A stretch of 64,000 nucleotides of DNA. Origin: Sodaliphilus sp. Its GTDB lineage: Bacteria; Bacteroidota; Bacteroidia; Bacteroidales; Muribaculaceae. The position numbers were made by a program, and so were the translations under genes. The stretch is taken from NCBI GenBank assembly GCA_041815985.1, contig JBGYAB010000022.1, forward strand, positions 4,796-68,795. The letters run 5' to 3'. The notes beneath the pieces are model-generated. The model saw nothing but the letters and a program-made list of their open reading frames with translations. It was not told where the DNA came from and made no database searches. Within the stretch, counting starts at the first letter, position 1. Every line of letters begins with the position of its first letter. Shown piece after piece: positions 57,233 through 64,000 of the stretch.

Positions 57233-57885
57233 TGGTTGAATTGAAAGAAAAAGGATACATAGAACAACTCATTGCCGAAGGCGAACATGAGCATCAAGAT
57301 TTTAAATATCAAATCACCGATGCCAAGAAAATCGCACGAAGCATTTCGGCGTTTGCCAACAACTCGGGAGGACACCTGTTGGTGGGCGTGAAAGACAACG
57401 GGCACATTGCCGGAGTGCGTAGCGAAGAAGAAATCTACATGATAGAACAGGCAGCAACATTGTGTTGTCGTCCCGAGCAAAGGGTAGAGTTCTCTATTTT
57501 TAAGATTGAAGGGAAAAGCGTTTTGAAAGTCGACATTGCCGAGGCTTGCGACAAGCCGGTAAAAGCCCTTGATGAAACCGGGCGATGGAAAGCCTACTAC
57601 CGTGTTGCCGATGAAAACGTGCTTGCAAGTGGCATGCATGTGAAAGTGATGCAACAACAAAATGCCGATTGTGGCAATGCTGTCATTAGCTTTTCTGATA
57701 GAGAAAAAACGCTTATCGACTATTTGAATACACATGGCGGTATTTCTTTAAACGGCTATATGAAACTTGTTCATATTTCACGCCGTTCTGCAGAAGAAAG
57801 TATGCTCAAACTGTGTGAAATGGGTGTTATTAAGCTCAATTATCACAATGGGCATTGCGTGTTTACCAAAGGCGAATTTATTTAA
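57232..57885 (+). CDS. AlbA_2 (Schlafen-type) domain protein with a C-terminal winged-helix region
   Basis: The track ORF starts at a GTG at 57220. I prefer the ATG at 57232, which overlaps the upstream stop (TAATG). EHEHQDFKYQI...ISAFANNSGGHLLVGVKDNGHIAGV is typical of the AlbA_2 domain. Confidence 0.65.
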   Translation: MVELKEKGYIEQLIAEGEHEHQDFKYQITDAKKIARSISAFANNSGGHLLVGVKDNGHIAGVRSEEEIYMIEQAATLCCRPEQRVEFSIFKIEGKSVLKVDIAEACDKPVKALDETGRWKAYYRVADENVLASGMHVKVMQQQNADCGNAVISFSDREKTLIDYLNTHGGISLNGYMKLVHISRRSAEESMLKLCEMGVIKLNYHNGHCVFTKGEFI

Positions 57886-58006
57886 CTCAAATCGGCTATT
57901 AGACGACTAAGATTTACATTTTTCGGCTCATCGCGTTGCTTCCCGACTGCTTTTGTGCAACATTTAAACAAAATCTGTGGGATCTCTAACGAGCGATTTG
58001 GATTTA
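57883..58006 (-). mobile_element. MITE-like repeat, copy D (short form, ~120 bp plus TA flanks)
   Basis: TA then ACTCAAATCGGCTATTAGACG at the left. The right end is ctaacgagcgatttggatt then TA. The core gttgcttcccgactgcttttgt is shared with copy C. The left TA plus the first A form the stop codon of the AlbA_2 gene. Confidence 0.75.
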
Positions 58007-58009
58007 ATG

Positions 58010-58054
58010 CAAGAGAGGCGTGCGACACTTTTGCAATGTGGCACGTCTCTCTTG
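58010..58054. terminator. hairpin between the convergent AlbA_2 and fbp genes (possible bidirectional terminator)
   Basis: caagagaggcgtgc (58010-58023) pairs with gcacgtctctcttg (58041-58054) with one G-U pair. Confidence 0.5.
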
Positions 58055-58092
58055 TGTGTTTGCCTCTTAAAAATGCACGATGCGTGAAGAAA

Positions 58093-60105
58093 TTATTGCT
58101 TGTTGGTGATGGGTCTCCATGCACGTTCTTTGATATCGCCATTCCTGTAAGCTTTGAGCAACTGTTTGAGATCGGCGATTTGGCTGCAAAGTTCCATGCC
58201 TATATCGGTGTCTTTCACCATCATTCTGTGATCGGCCATCTCCACAAGTTGAATGGTTGACTTGATGTCTTGCCCTTCTTCAACAGCAGTGTCAATTGAT
58301 GTGAACGGTTGATGTTGAACCAATTGCAAACCTCTGCTGTGATATACGAGCGTGTAGCCGGCAATGCCGGTTTCGGGTTGATATGCCTTTGAGAAACCAC
58401 CATCAATCACCATGAGTTTGCCGTTACCTTTCACCGGATTTTCTCCTTTAATGGTTTTCACGGGAACATGACCGTTGATGATGTGGCAAAATTTACCGGT
58501 TACACCAAACTCTGCCAAAATCATATCGCAAATCTTTTCTTCGTTGCGCAAAGTGTAGTAAGCTCCTTTCACCTCTTTGTGAGTTTCTTTTTCGGCAAGG
58601 AAATAGCGTTCGAAAGTCGCCATTTTTTCTTTGTCGAAGACCGGAGAATCTTTACCACACCACAAGTACCAGATGTAGTCTTTGGCAAAATCTGCCTCTG
58701 CGGGATCTTCACAACCAAAGTAGGCCGCACGAATGAGCATGCCAACTCGGTTGAGCAAAGAACGACCGTGATATTTCTTCCCTAAAATTTCAATATCTTT
58801 CAATGTGCCGTTCTCGTTTAGCGGAATTGATGCGTGATAAAGCAAGTTGCCATTGGTCACGCTGTAAATGCAACCGTTGCGGAACATGCACTCCATGTGA
58901 CGTTTCAATTTTTCGCTATGAACGAATGAATTGTGCAGTTTTTCAACAACTTCTTGTTCCTCAGCACTCAATTTAAATGGATTTTTGCGATCGATAGTGG
59001 GGAAGTTTTTGTCGATCAATTCATATTCCTTACCATCTATTTTAATGATATTTCGCTTGTAGTCTATTTTATCCAACAGCAACCGATCATTCATTTCAAA
59101 TTCCGGATGACGCTTGATTGCGGCCGCCTCGACCTTAAATTGAATAATGGCAATAGCTTTGTGCATCTTGGCACACAGTTTTGCAAATCTTTCTCGTTCA
59201 GGATCATCGGCACTGCCGTCTTTGGGCAAAAAACGCTGACATTCATCGTGCTTGTATTGTTCAAGCGCAAAGGTGGCAAGAGGCAGCAAGTTGATGCCGT
59301 AGCCATCTTCAATGGCACTTTGGTTGCCATACCTCAATGCAATGCGTATCACATTGGCAATGCTGGCATCGTTGCCACTGGCGGCTCCCATCCACAAAAT
59401 GTCGTGATTGCCCCACTGAATGTCGAAGTTGTGATAGTTGCACAAAATGTCCATAATTTTATCGGGGCTTGGTCCTCGGTCGTACACGTCGCCAAGAATG
59501 TGCAACACGTCGATTGTTAATTGTTGAATGAGGTAGCACATGGCGATGATGAACGAGTCGGCACGTCCGGTTGAAATGATGGTACGCACAATCACGTCAA
59601 CATAGGCTTGCTTGTTGTGGTCCGAAGCGTTTTCGTGCAACAATTCTTGAATAATGTAGGAGAAATCTTGTGGCAAAGCCTTGTGCACTTTTGACCGTGT
59701 ATATTTCGACGACACGTTGCGACACACTTTCACCAAGCGATTGATGGTAATGAAATACCAGTCGTTTAAATCAACATCGTCGTTGATCAATGCCTTTTCT
59801 ATCTCCAATTTTCTTTCGGGATAGTAAATGAGCGTGCACAGTTCTTTTTGTTCTCGTGTACTCAGCGTTTCGTTGAAAATTTCTTTTACTTTGCGCTTGA
59901 TGGTGCCCGACGCATTGCGCAACACATGCTGGAATGCTTCATATTCTCCGTGCAAATCGGCCAAAAAGTGTTCGGTGCCTTTGGGCAGATTGAGAATGGC
60001 TTCAAGATTGATAATCTCGGTACTGGCGGTAGCAATGTTTGGAAAATTGCGCGACAGTAATTTCAAGTATCTCACGTCCTTGTTTAAGTTTTGTGGTTCT
60101 TCCAT
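58093..60105 (-). CDS. fbp: fructose-1,6-bisphosphatase, class 3
   Basis: 670 aa. N-terminal YLKLLSRNFPNIATASTEIINLEAILNLPKGTEHFLADLHGE, characteristic of class III FBPase (metallophosphoesterase). Confidence 0.9.
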   Translation of the reverse strand: MEEPQNLNKDVRYLKLLSRNFPNIATASTEIINLEAILNLPKGTEHFLADLHGEYEAFQHVLRNASGTIKRKVKEIFNETLSTREQKELCTLIYYPERKLEIEKALINDDVDLNDWYFITINRLVKVCRNVSSKYTRSKVHKALPQDFSYIIQELLHENASDHNKQAYVDVIVRTIISTGRADSFIIAMCYLIQQLTIDVLHILGDVYDRGPSPDKIMDILCNYHNFDIQWGNHDILWMGAASGNDASIANVIRIALRYGNQSAIEDGYGINLLPLATFALEQYKHDECQRFLPKDGSADDPERERFAKLCAKMHKAIAIIQFKVEAAAIKRHPEFEMNDRLLLDKIDYKRNIIKIDGKEYELIDKNFPTIDRKNPFKLSAEEQEVVEKLHNSFVHSEKLKRHMECMFRNGCIYSVTNGNLLYHASIPLNENGTLKDIEILGKKYHGRSLLNRVGMLIRAAYFGCEDPAEADFAKDYIWYLWCGKDSPVFDKEKMATFERYFLAEKETHKEVKGAYYTLRNEEKICDMILAEFGVTGKFCHIINGHVPVKTIKGENPVKGNGKLMVIDGGFSKAYQPETGIAGYTLVYHSRGLQLVQHQPFTSIDTAVEEGQDIKSTIQLVEMADHRMMVKDTDIGMELCSQIADLKQLLKAYRNGDIKERAWRPITNKQ

Positions 60106-60130
60106 AATATAAATATCCTTGAATTTTTTA

Positions 60131-60138
60131 CAAAATTA
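60131..60138 (-). promoter_or_regulatory. candidate -7 promoter box (TAATTTTG) for fbp
   Basis: The reverse complement of caaaatta lies 26 nt upstream of the ATG at 60105. Confidence 0.4.
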
Positions 60139-60231
60139 AGAAAGATAAAATCAAAAAGCAATTAAAATGCCTTTTAATTTGTTTTTAAGTTTTGAAGTAA
60201 TGCGATTTTAGCAGTGAAGTCGAAATTGTGC

Positions 60232-60720
60232 TCAATCTTCTGTGGGGTAGTTTAAATTTTCCTCTGTGAGGTTATTCAACACTTCAAAGAGGAATTTGCG
60301 AGCTTCCCATTTGGCCATGGGCAAGTTGTTGAGCATGTAGTTGCCGCAATCGTGAGCGTTGGCTCCGGGAATGTCGCCTTCATATTCTGCAATAAAATTG
60401 AAAGTCTCTCGCATCAATTCAACAATGTCGCTCGAACAAAAATCACCCTTGACAAGTAAATAATTACCCGTGCAACAACCCATTGGCCCCCAATAGATGA
60501 TTTTAGAGCTCCATGTGGGATGATTGCGCAGAAATGTCGCGGCCAGGTGTTCGATGGTGTGCAAAGCCGAGATGCTCACTGCCGGTTCTCGGTTGGGCTG
60601 TTTCATGCGAATGTCAAAAGTGGTGATGATATCGCCACCATCAAGAATGTCTTTGCGCGAGACGAAAATTCCTCGTTGCAATTTAATGTGATTGATTGTA
60701 AAACTTGCTATTTTTTCCAT
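60232..60720 (-). CDS. luxS: S-ribosylhomocysteine lyase (AI-2 synthase) LuxS
   Basis: 162 aa. Metal-ligand motif HTIEHL and downstream GPMGCCTG cysteine. Confidence 0.9.
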   Translation of the reverse strand: MEKIASFTINHIKLQRGIFVSRKDILDGGDIITTFDIRMKQPNREPAVSISALHTIEHLAATFLRNHPTWSSKIIYWGPMGCCTGNYLLVKGDFCSSDIVELMRETFNFIAEYEGDIPGANAHDCGNYMLNNLPMAKWEARKFLFEVLNNLTEENLNYPTED

Positions 60721-60729
60721 ATCCTTGAA

Positions 60730-61407
60730 TTAAAGCGTTAATAAAAGCCGATGAAGCAATTCAAACGTGTGTTGAGGGGCTTCTTCCCAAAAGTCGATGT
60801 ATTGTTGTGTGTTGTTGTGGCTTGCTCCGGGAGAATCACTAATCACACGCATGCTCAAAAACGGAGTTTTTTTGATTTCACACGTTTGAGCAATTGCTCC
60901 CGATTCCATGTCGACTGCCAGTGCCTGTGAAAAGTTTTTTTTGATTTTTTGAACAGCCTCAATGCTGTCGACAAACCGGTCGCCCGATGCAATGAGCCCT
61001 ACTTTGATGTCGTCGCGCTTGGGCAACAGGTTGATGAGGCGGGTGTCGCCGGAATAAAATAAAGGCAATCCTTGCACCATTCCCCAAGGGCTTTCGGGGC
61101 CACACCACACATCGTGATAGGCCACACGCTCACCCACCACAAGATCCATCACGTTCACCGTTTTGTCGGCACCTCCTGCAACACCGGTGTTGATCACCAA
61201 TTCGGGATTGAAACGGCCTATGAGCGCAACGGTGCCAATAGCTGCGTTCACCTTGCCAATACCGCATTGCATGGCAGTGACTTCGTGGTTGCCAATGTAG
61301 CCGGAGTGGAAAATTTGTCCGTCAAATTCTTGAATGACCGGATTGCGCAAGAGTGGCTTGAGCAATGCCAGTTCCTTTTTCATTGCAACAATGATACCTA
61401 TTTTCAT
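60730..61407 (-). CDS. mtnN: 5'-methylthioadenosine/S-adenosylhomocysteine nucleosidase
   Basis: 225 aa. MKIGIIVAMKKELALL N-terminus, GIGKVNAA, and VDMESGAIAQ catalytic region. Confidence 0.9.
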   Translation of the reverse strand: MKIGIIVAMKKELALLKPLLRNPVIQEFDGQIFHSGYIGNHEVTAMQCGIGKVNAAIGTVALIGRFNPELVINTGVAGGADKTVNVMDLVVGERVAYHDVWCGPESPWGMVQGLPLFYSGDTRLINLLPKRDDIKVGLIASGDRFVDSIEAVQKIKKNFSQALAVDMESGAIAQTCEIKKTPFLSMRVISDSPGASHNNTQQYIDFWEEAPQHTFELLHRLLLTL

Positions 61408-61432
61408 AATCAGTCTGTTCTCGTTTTTTTTC

Positions 61433-61440
61433 CAAAATTA
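61433..61440 (-). promoter_or_regulatory. candidate -7 promoter box (TAATTTTG) for mtnN-luxS
   Basis: The reverse complement of caaaatta lies 26 nt upstream of the ATG at 61407. Confidence 0.4.
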
Positions 61441-61503
61441 ATCAAAAAATGCCGCTTGAACAAAAATGAGAGCGTTAAACAGTTTTGTTTGGGCTTTATT
61501 GTG

Positions 61504-61511
61504 TACCTTTG
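61504..61511 (+). promoter_or_regulatory. candidate -7 promoter box (TACCTTTG)
   Basis: Exact TAnnTTTG 21 nt upstream of the ATG at 61532. Confidence 0.4.
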
Positions 61512-61531
61512 TATAAAATAACTGATTTGCA

Positions 61532-62203
61532 ATGATTCATGTAACGTTAGACAAACGCATTATAGAAGCATGTCCCGAGGTGTGCATCGGTCTCATTCGT
61601 GCCTCTGTTGTCAATCCTGATACTTGCGATGAGCTTTGGGCTGAAATTGAAGATGCCGCCGATGAAATCAAAACCAAATATGAACTGCTCGAAATTAACA
61701 AACGTCCTGCAATAGCAGCGGCACGTCGTCTGTATAAATCGTTGGGTAAAGACCCCGGACGCTATCGTGTGTCGAGCGAGGCTTTATGCCGTCGCATTGT
61801 GCGCGACTTGGGCATTTATCGCCTAACTACACTCATCGATGTGGTTAATTTGGTTTCAATCAAGAGTGGTTATTCCATTAGCGGATTAGATGCCGATTGC
61901 ATTGTTGGCGACACGCTGACAATGGGAGTGGGAGAGCACGAAGAGGAATATTATGGCATTGGTCGCGGTTTACTCAACATTGAGGGACTGCCGGTCTATC
62001 GCGATGCCGTTGGCGGTATTGCAACCCCGACAAGCGATGAAGAACGCACGAAATTTACATCAGATACTAAAAATGTTCAAATCAACATTAATGGCTTTGC
62101 CCCCGAAATGCCCATGCAAGAGGCTGTTGACATGATGGTTGGCTTGCTTGTGAAATATGCTTCGGCAACCAATGTTGAAACATCTGTCATCAACCATTTT
62201 TAA
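61532..62203 (+). CDS. B3/B4 tRNA-binding domain-containing protein
   Basis: 223 aa. Pattern (RPAIAAARRLYKSLGKDPGRYRVSSEAL...LIDVVNLVSIKSGYSISGLD) typical of stand-alone PheT B3/4-like proteins. Confidence 0.75.
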   Translation: MIHVTLDKRIIEACPEVCIGLIRASVVNPDTCDELWAEIEDAADEIKTKYELLEINKRPAIAAARRLYKSLGKDPGRYRVSSEALCRRIVRDLGIYRLTTLIDVVNLVSIKSGYSISGLDADCIVGDTLTMGVGEHEEEYYGIGRGLLNIEGLPVYRDAVGGIATPTSDEERTKFTSDTKNVQININGFAPEMPMQEAVDMMVGLLVKYASATNVETSVINHF

Positions 62204-62211
62204 AGATTTCC

Positions 62212-62820
62212 ATGGCTGCTATACTCCAACTTATGCCCGATAACTTGAATGAACGCCACATTTTGCAAATTGTGGACACTTTGCGAAATGGTGGAATTAT
62301 CATTTATCCCACCGACACGGTCTATGCCATTGGTTGCGATGCTTTGAACAATCAGGCGATAGAAAAAATTTGCTCTATAAAGCAAATGAAATCGGCGAAG
62401 ACAAATTTCACGATTATTTGCCATGAAATTGCTGAAGTTACGCAGTATGCAAAATTTGGCAATCGTGAATTCAAGGCAATGAAGGCTCATTTGCCGGGAG
62501 CTTTCACTTTTATTTTTCCGGCATTATCGAAGTTGCCCAAAGCGTTTAAAGGACGACGTACGGTAGGAATTAGGATTCCCGACAATGAAATCGCGTGCCG
62601 AATTGTGAAAGAATTGGGGCATCCCATTTTATCAACATCGGTTGAGGGGCGTGATGTTGATTATATGTGCGAACCTGAATTACTGGCCGAGACCTATGGG
62701 CATGACGTCGACATTGTGATTGATGCCGGCCGGGGAGGAACAATTCCTTCTACGGTCATTGATTGCACAAGCGGAAGTTTTGAAATCGCACGTGAAGGCA
62801 AGGGAGAATTCTCCCTTTAA
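62212..62820 (+). CDS. L-threonylcarbamoyladenylate synthase (YrdC/TsaC/YwlC family)
   Basis: 202 aa. GGIIIYPTDTVYAIGCDA and RTVGIRIPD YrdC-domain motifs. Confidence 0.85.
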   Translation: MAAILQLMPDNLNERHILQIVDTLRNGGIIIYPTDTVYAIGCDALNNQAIEKICSIKQMKSAKTNFTIICHEIAEVTQYAKFGNREFKAMKAHLPGAFTFIFPALSKLPKAFKGRRTVGIRIPDNEIACRIVKELGHPILSTSVEGRDVDYMCEPELLAETYGHDVDIVIDAGRGGTIPSTVIDCTSGSFEIAREGKGEFSL

Positions 62821-62835
62821 ATCTGAAAACAAGCC

Positions 62836-64000
62836 CTATTCAGATTCCGGCTTGGCAAGGCTTATTCTCACTTTCTTGCCTTTGATTTTGTGTTGCTGAA
62901 TGTTGTTGAGCACACTTTGCGCCTTACTTGCTGGCACAGCAACGAGTGCATAGTGATCACTTAGGTAAATTTGTCCTATTTCCTTGGCATCGATTCCACC
63001 ATGACCGGCGATGAAGCCCACAATGTCGCCTCTTGATATTTTTTCTTTTTTCCCTCCCTTGAAATAAAGTGTAGCCATTGGGCTGTTGATGCTTGAATTG
63101 AGTTTTTTCTCTTCAAGATCATAGATTTCGTTGCTTTTTACAAAGTTGGGCAATTGCTCCTCGGGGCCTTGAATGACATAGGCGTTGCCTTGTGCATCTA
63201 CTCTGGCTGTACGCCCGTTGCGATGGGTGTAAGACTCGGGGCTGAGAGGCAGGTGATAGTGAATGATGTGTTGCACGTTGTCTATGTCAAGCCCTCTTGC
63301 TCCCAAGTCGGTCGCAACAAGCACTTGAAAAGAGCCGTTGTTGAACATGGCGATGGCTTTTTCTCTGTCTATCTGTTCGAGTGCACCATGATATATTCCC
63401 GATGAGATACTGTGCTTTTGCAGATAAGTATATATTCGGCCTACCGCTTCTCTGAAATTGGCGAAAACGATGATTTTTCCGTGAGGCAGAGAAAATAGCA
63501 GTTGTTTTAAAGTCTCGAGTTTGTCTTTATTGTCCGATTTCACACAGAAAGTTTTGAGACGTGTCTGAGGACTGTTTTCTTTTTCAAGAAAATCGAGAAC
63601 AATGGTATTGTGCATTTTCACATAGCTTGGCACTTGCTCGAGTGTTGTGGCCGAGGTGAGAATACGCCTTGACAAGTTGGGCATGAACCTGCTCAATTTC
63701 TTCATTTCATCTTCAAAGCCCAGTTCAAGGCATTTGTCAAACTCGTCGATGATGAGTTGTCGCACGTTGGTGATTGAAATGTGTCTCCGTTTCACATGAT
63801 CGAGCAAACGTCCCGGTGTAGCAATGAGAATTGTGGGTGGCACAAGCAATGATTGCTTTTCATCGACAACGCTGTGCCCTCCATAAACACATGTAACTTT
63901 CCCTTCGGTGCAAATGTCTCTCATGACGTGATATATTTGCACAGCCAATTCTCTTGATGGTGCGAGCACCACGGCCTGCAACTTTTCAGGCGTGAAGTTT
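62836..64000 (-). CDS. DEAD-box ATP-dependent RNA helicase with a DbpA-type C-terminal RNA-binding domain (N-terminus outside the window)
   Basis: The frame stays open to position 64000 (...NFTPEKLQAVVLAPSRELA). Motifs PSRELA, DEFD (motif II variant), SAT and HRNGRTAR. C-terminal GGKKEKISRGDIVGFI DbpA-like domain. Confidence 0.9.
   Translation of the reverse strand, partial: NFTPEKLQAVVLAPSRELAVQIYHVMRDICTEGKVTCVYGGHSVVDEKQSLLVPPTILIATPGRLLDHVKRRHISITNVRQLIIDEFDKCLELGFEDEMKKLSRFMPNLSRRILTSATTLEQVPSYVKMHNTIVLDFLEKENSPQTRLKTFCVKSDNKDKLETLKQLLFSLPHGKIIVFANFREAVGRIYTYLQKHSISSGIYHGALEQIDREKAIAMFNNGSFQVLVATDLGARGLDIDNVQHIIHYHLPLSPESYTHRNGRTARVDAQGNAYVIQGPEEQLPNFVKSNEIYDLEEKKLNSSINSPMATLYFKGGKKEKISRGDIVGFIAGHGGIDAKEIGQIYLSDHYALVAVPASKAQSVLNNIQQHKIKGKKVRISLAKPESE

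Noticed and set aside
63736-63747. The DEAD-box helicase has DEFD instead of DEAD in motif II.
   Set aside because: The catalytic D-E pair is intact and the other motifs (SAT, HRNGRTAR) are present. Third- and fourth-position variation is common in the superfamily, so this is not evidence of inactivation.
1-64000. Search for CRISPR arrays, tRNA/rRNA genes, integrases, transposases, toxin-antitoxin pairs and known defence genes.
   Set aside because: I found no direct-repeat/spacer periodicity, no tRNA-like T-arm motifs, and no ORF with recombinase, nuclease-helicase or defence-system hallmarks. The AlbA_2 protein is solitary and is not embedded in an island.

Overview
This window looks like core chromosome from a Bacteroidota genome, order Bacteroidales, Prevotella/Bacteroides-like. 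The genus cannot be determined without a database search. The lineage call rests on four things: a T9SS translocon gene (sprA), a protease with a Por/T9SS C-terminal sorting domain, an nqrABCDEF operon, and the Bacteroides -7 promoter motif TAnnTTTG upstream of many genes. I call about 51 tightly packed protein genes. I could not find any rRNA, tRNA, CRISPR array, integrase, transposase or recognisable defence island. Gene content is as follows. An alpha-glucan cluster (GDE-like, GT4, GH57). A PatB/MalY lyase coupled to a DUF3737 protein. A MATE exporter, an OmpA porin, transketolase, a sugar MFS transporter and YggS. DUF4494 and YigZ, an acyl-ACP thioesterase and a CpsB phosphatase. A three-gene operon of unknown function. 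nqrA-F. exbB-exbD-exbD-tonB followed by a small membrane protein, a PstS-like protein and a TPR protein. An S8 protease (T9SS cargo), ruvA and the 2493-aa sprA. An orphan ORF, a secreted cyclophilin, an M16 peptidase and DUF349. A priming sugar transferase, recQ, a C1 peptidase and an OmpA lipoprotein. An SGNH esterase coupled to an AlbA_2 protein. Class-3 FBPase, luxS-mtnN, a B3/4 protein, a TsaC-type protein and a DbpA-like DEAD-box helicase cut by the window end. The most interesting signal is non-genic. It is a family of short intergenic repeats bounded by roughly 20-bp terminal inverted repeats and flanked by TA, resembling MITEs such as the Correia elements. It is present as two long copies (~198 bp), two short copies (~120 bp), two decayed or truncated copies and one abutting solo terminus. 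I do not recognise it as a named family. I found no convincing novel multi-gene system, and unknown-function candidates are flagged with modest scores.
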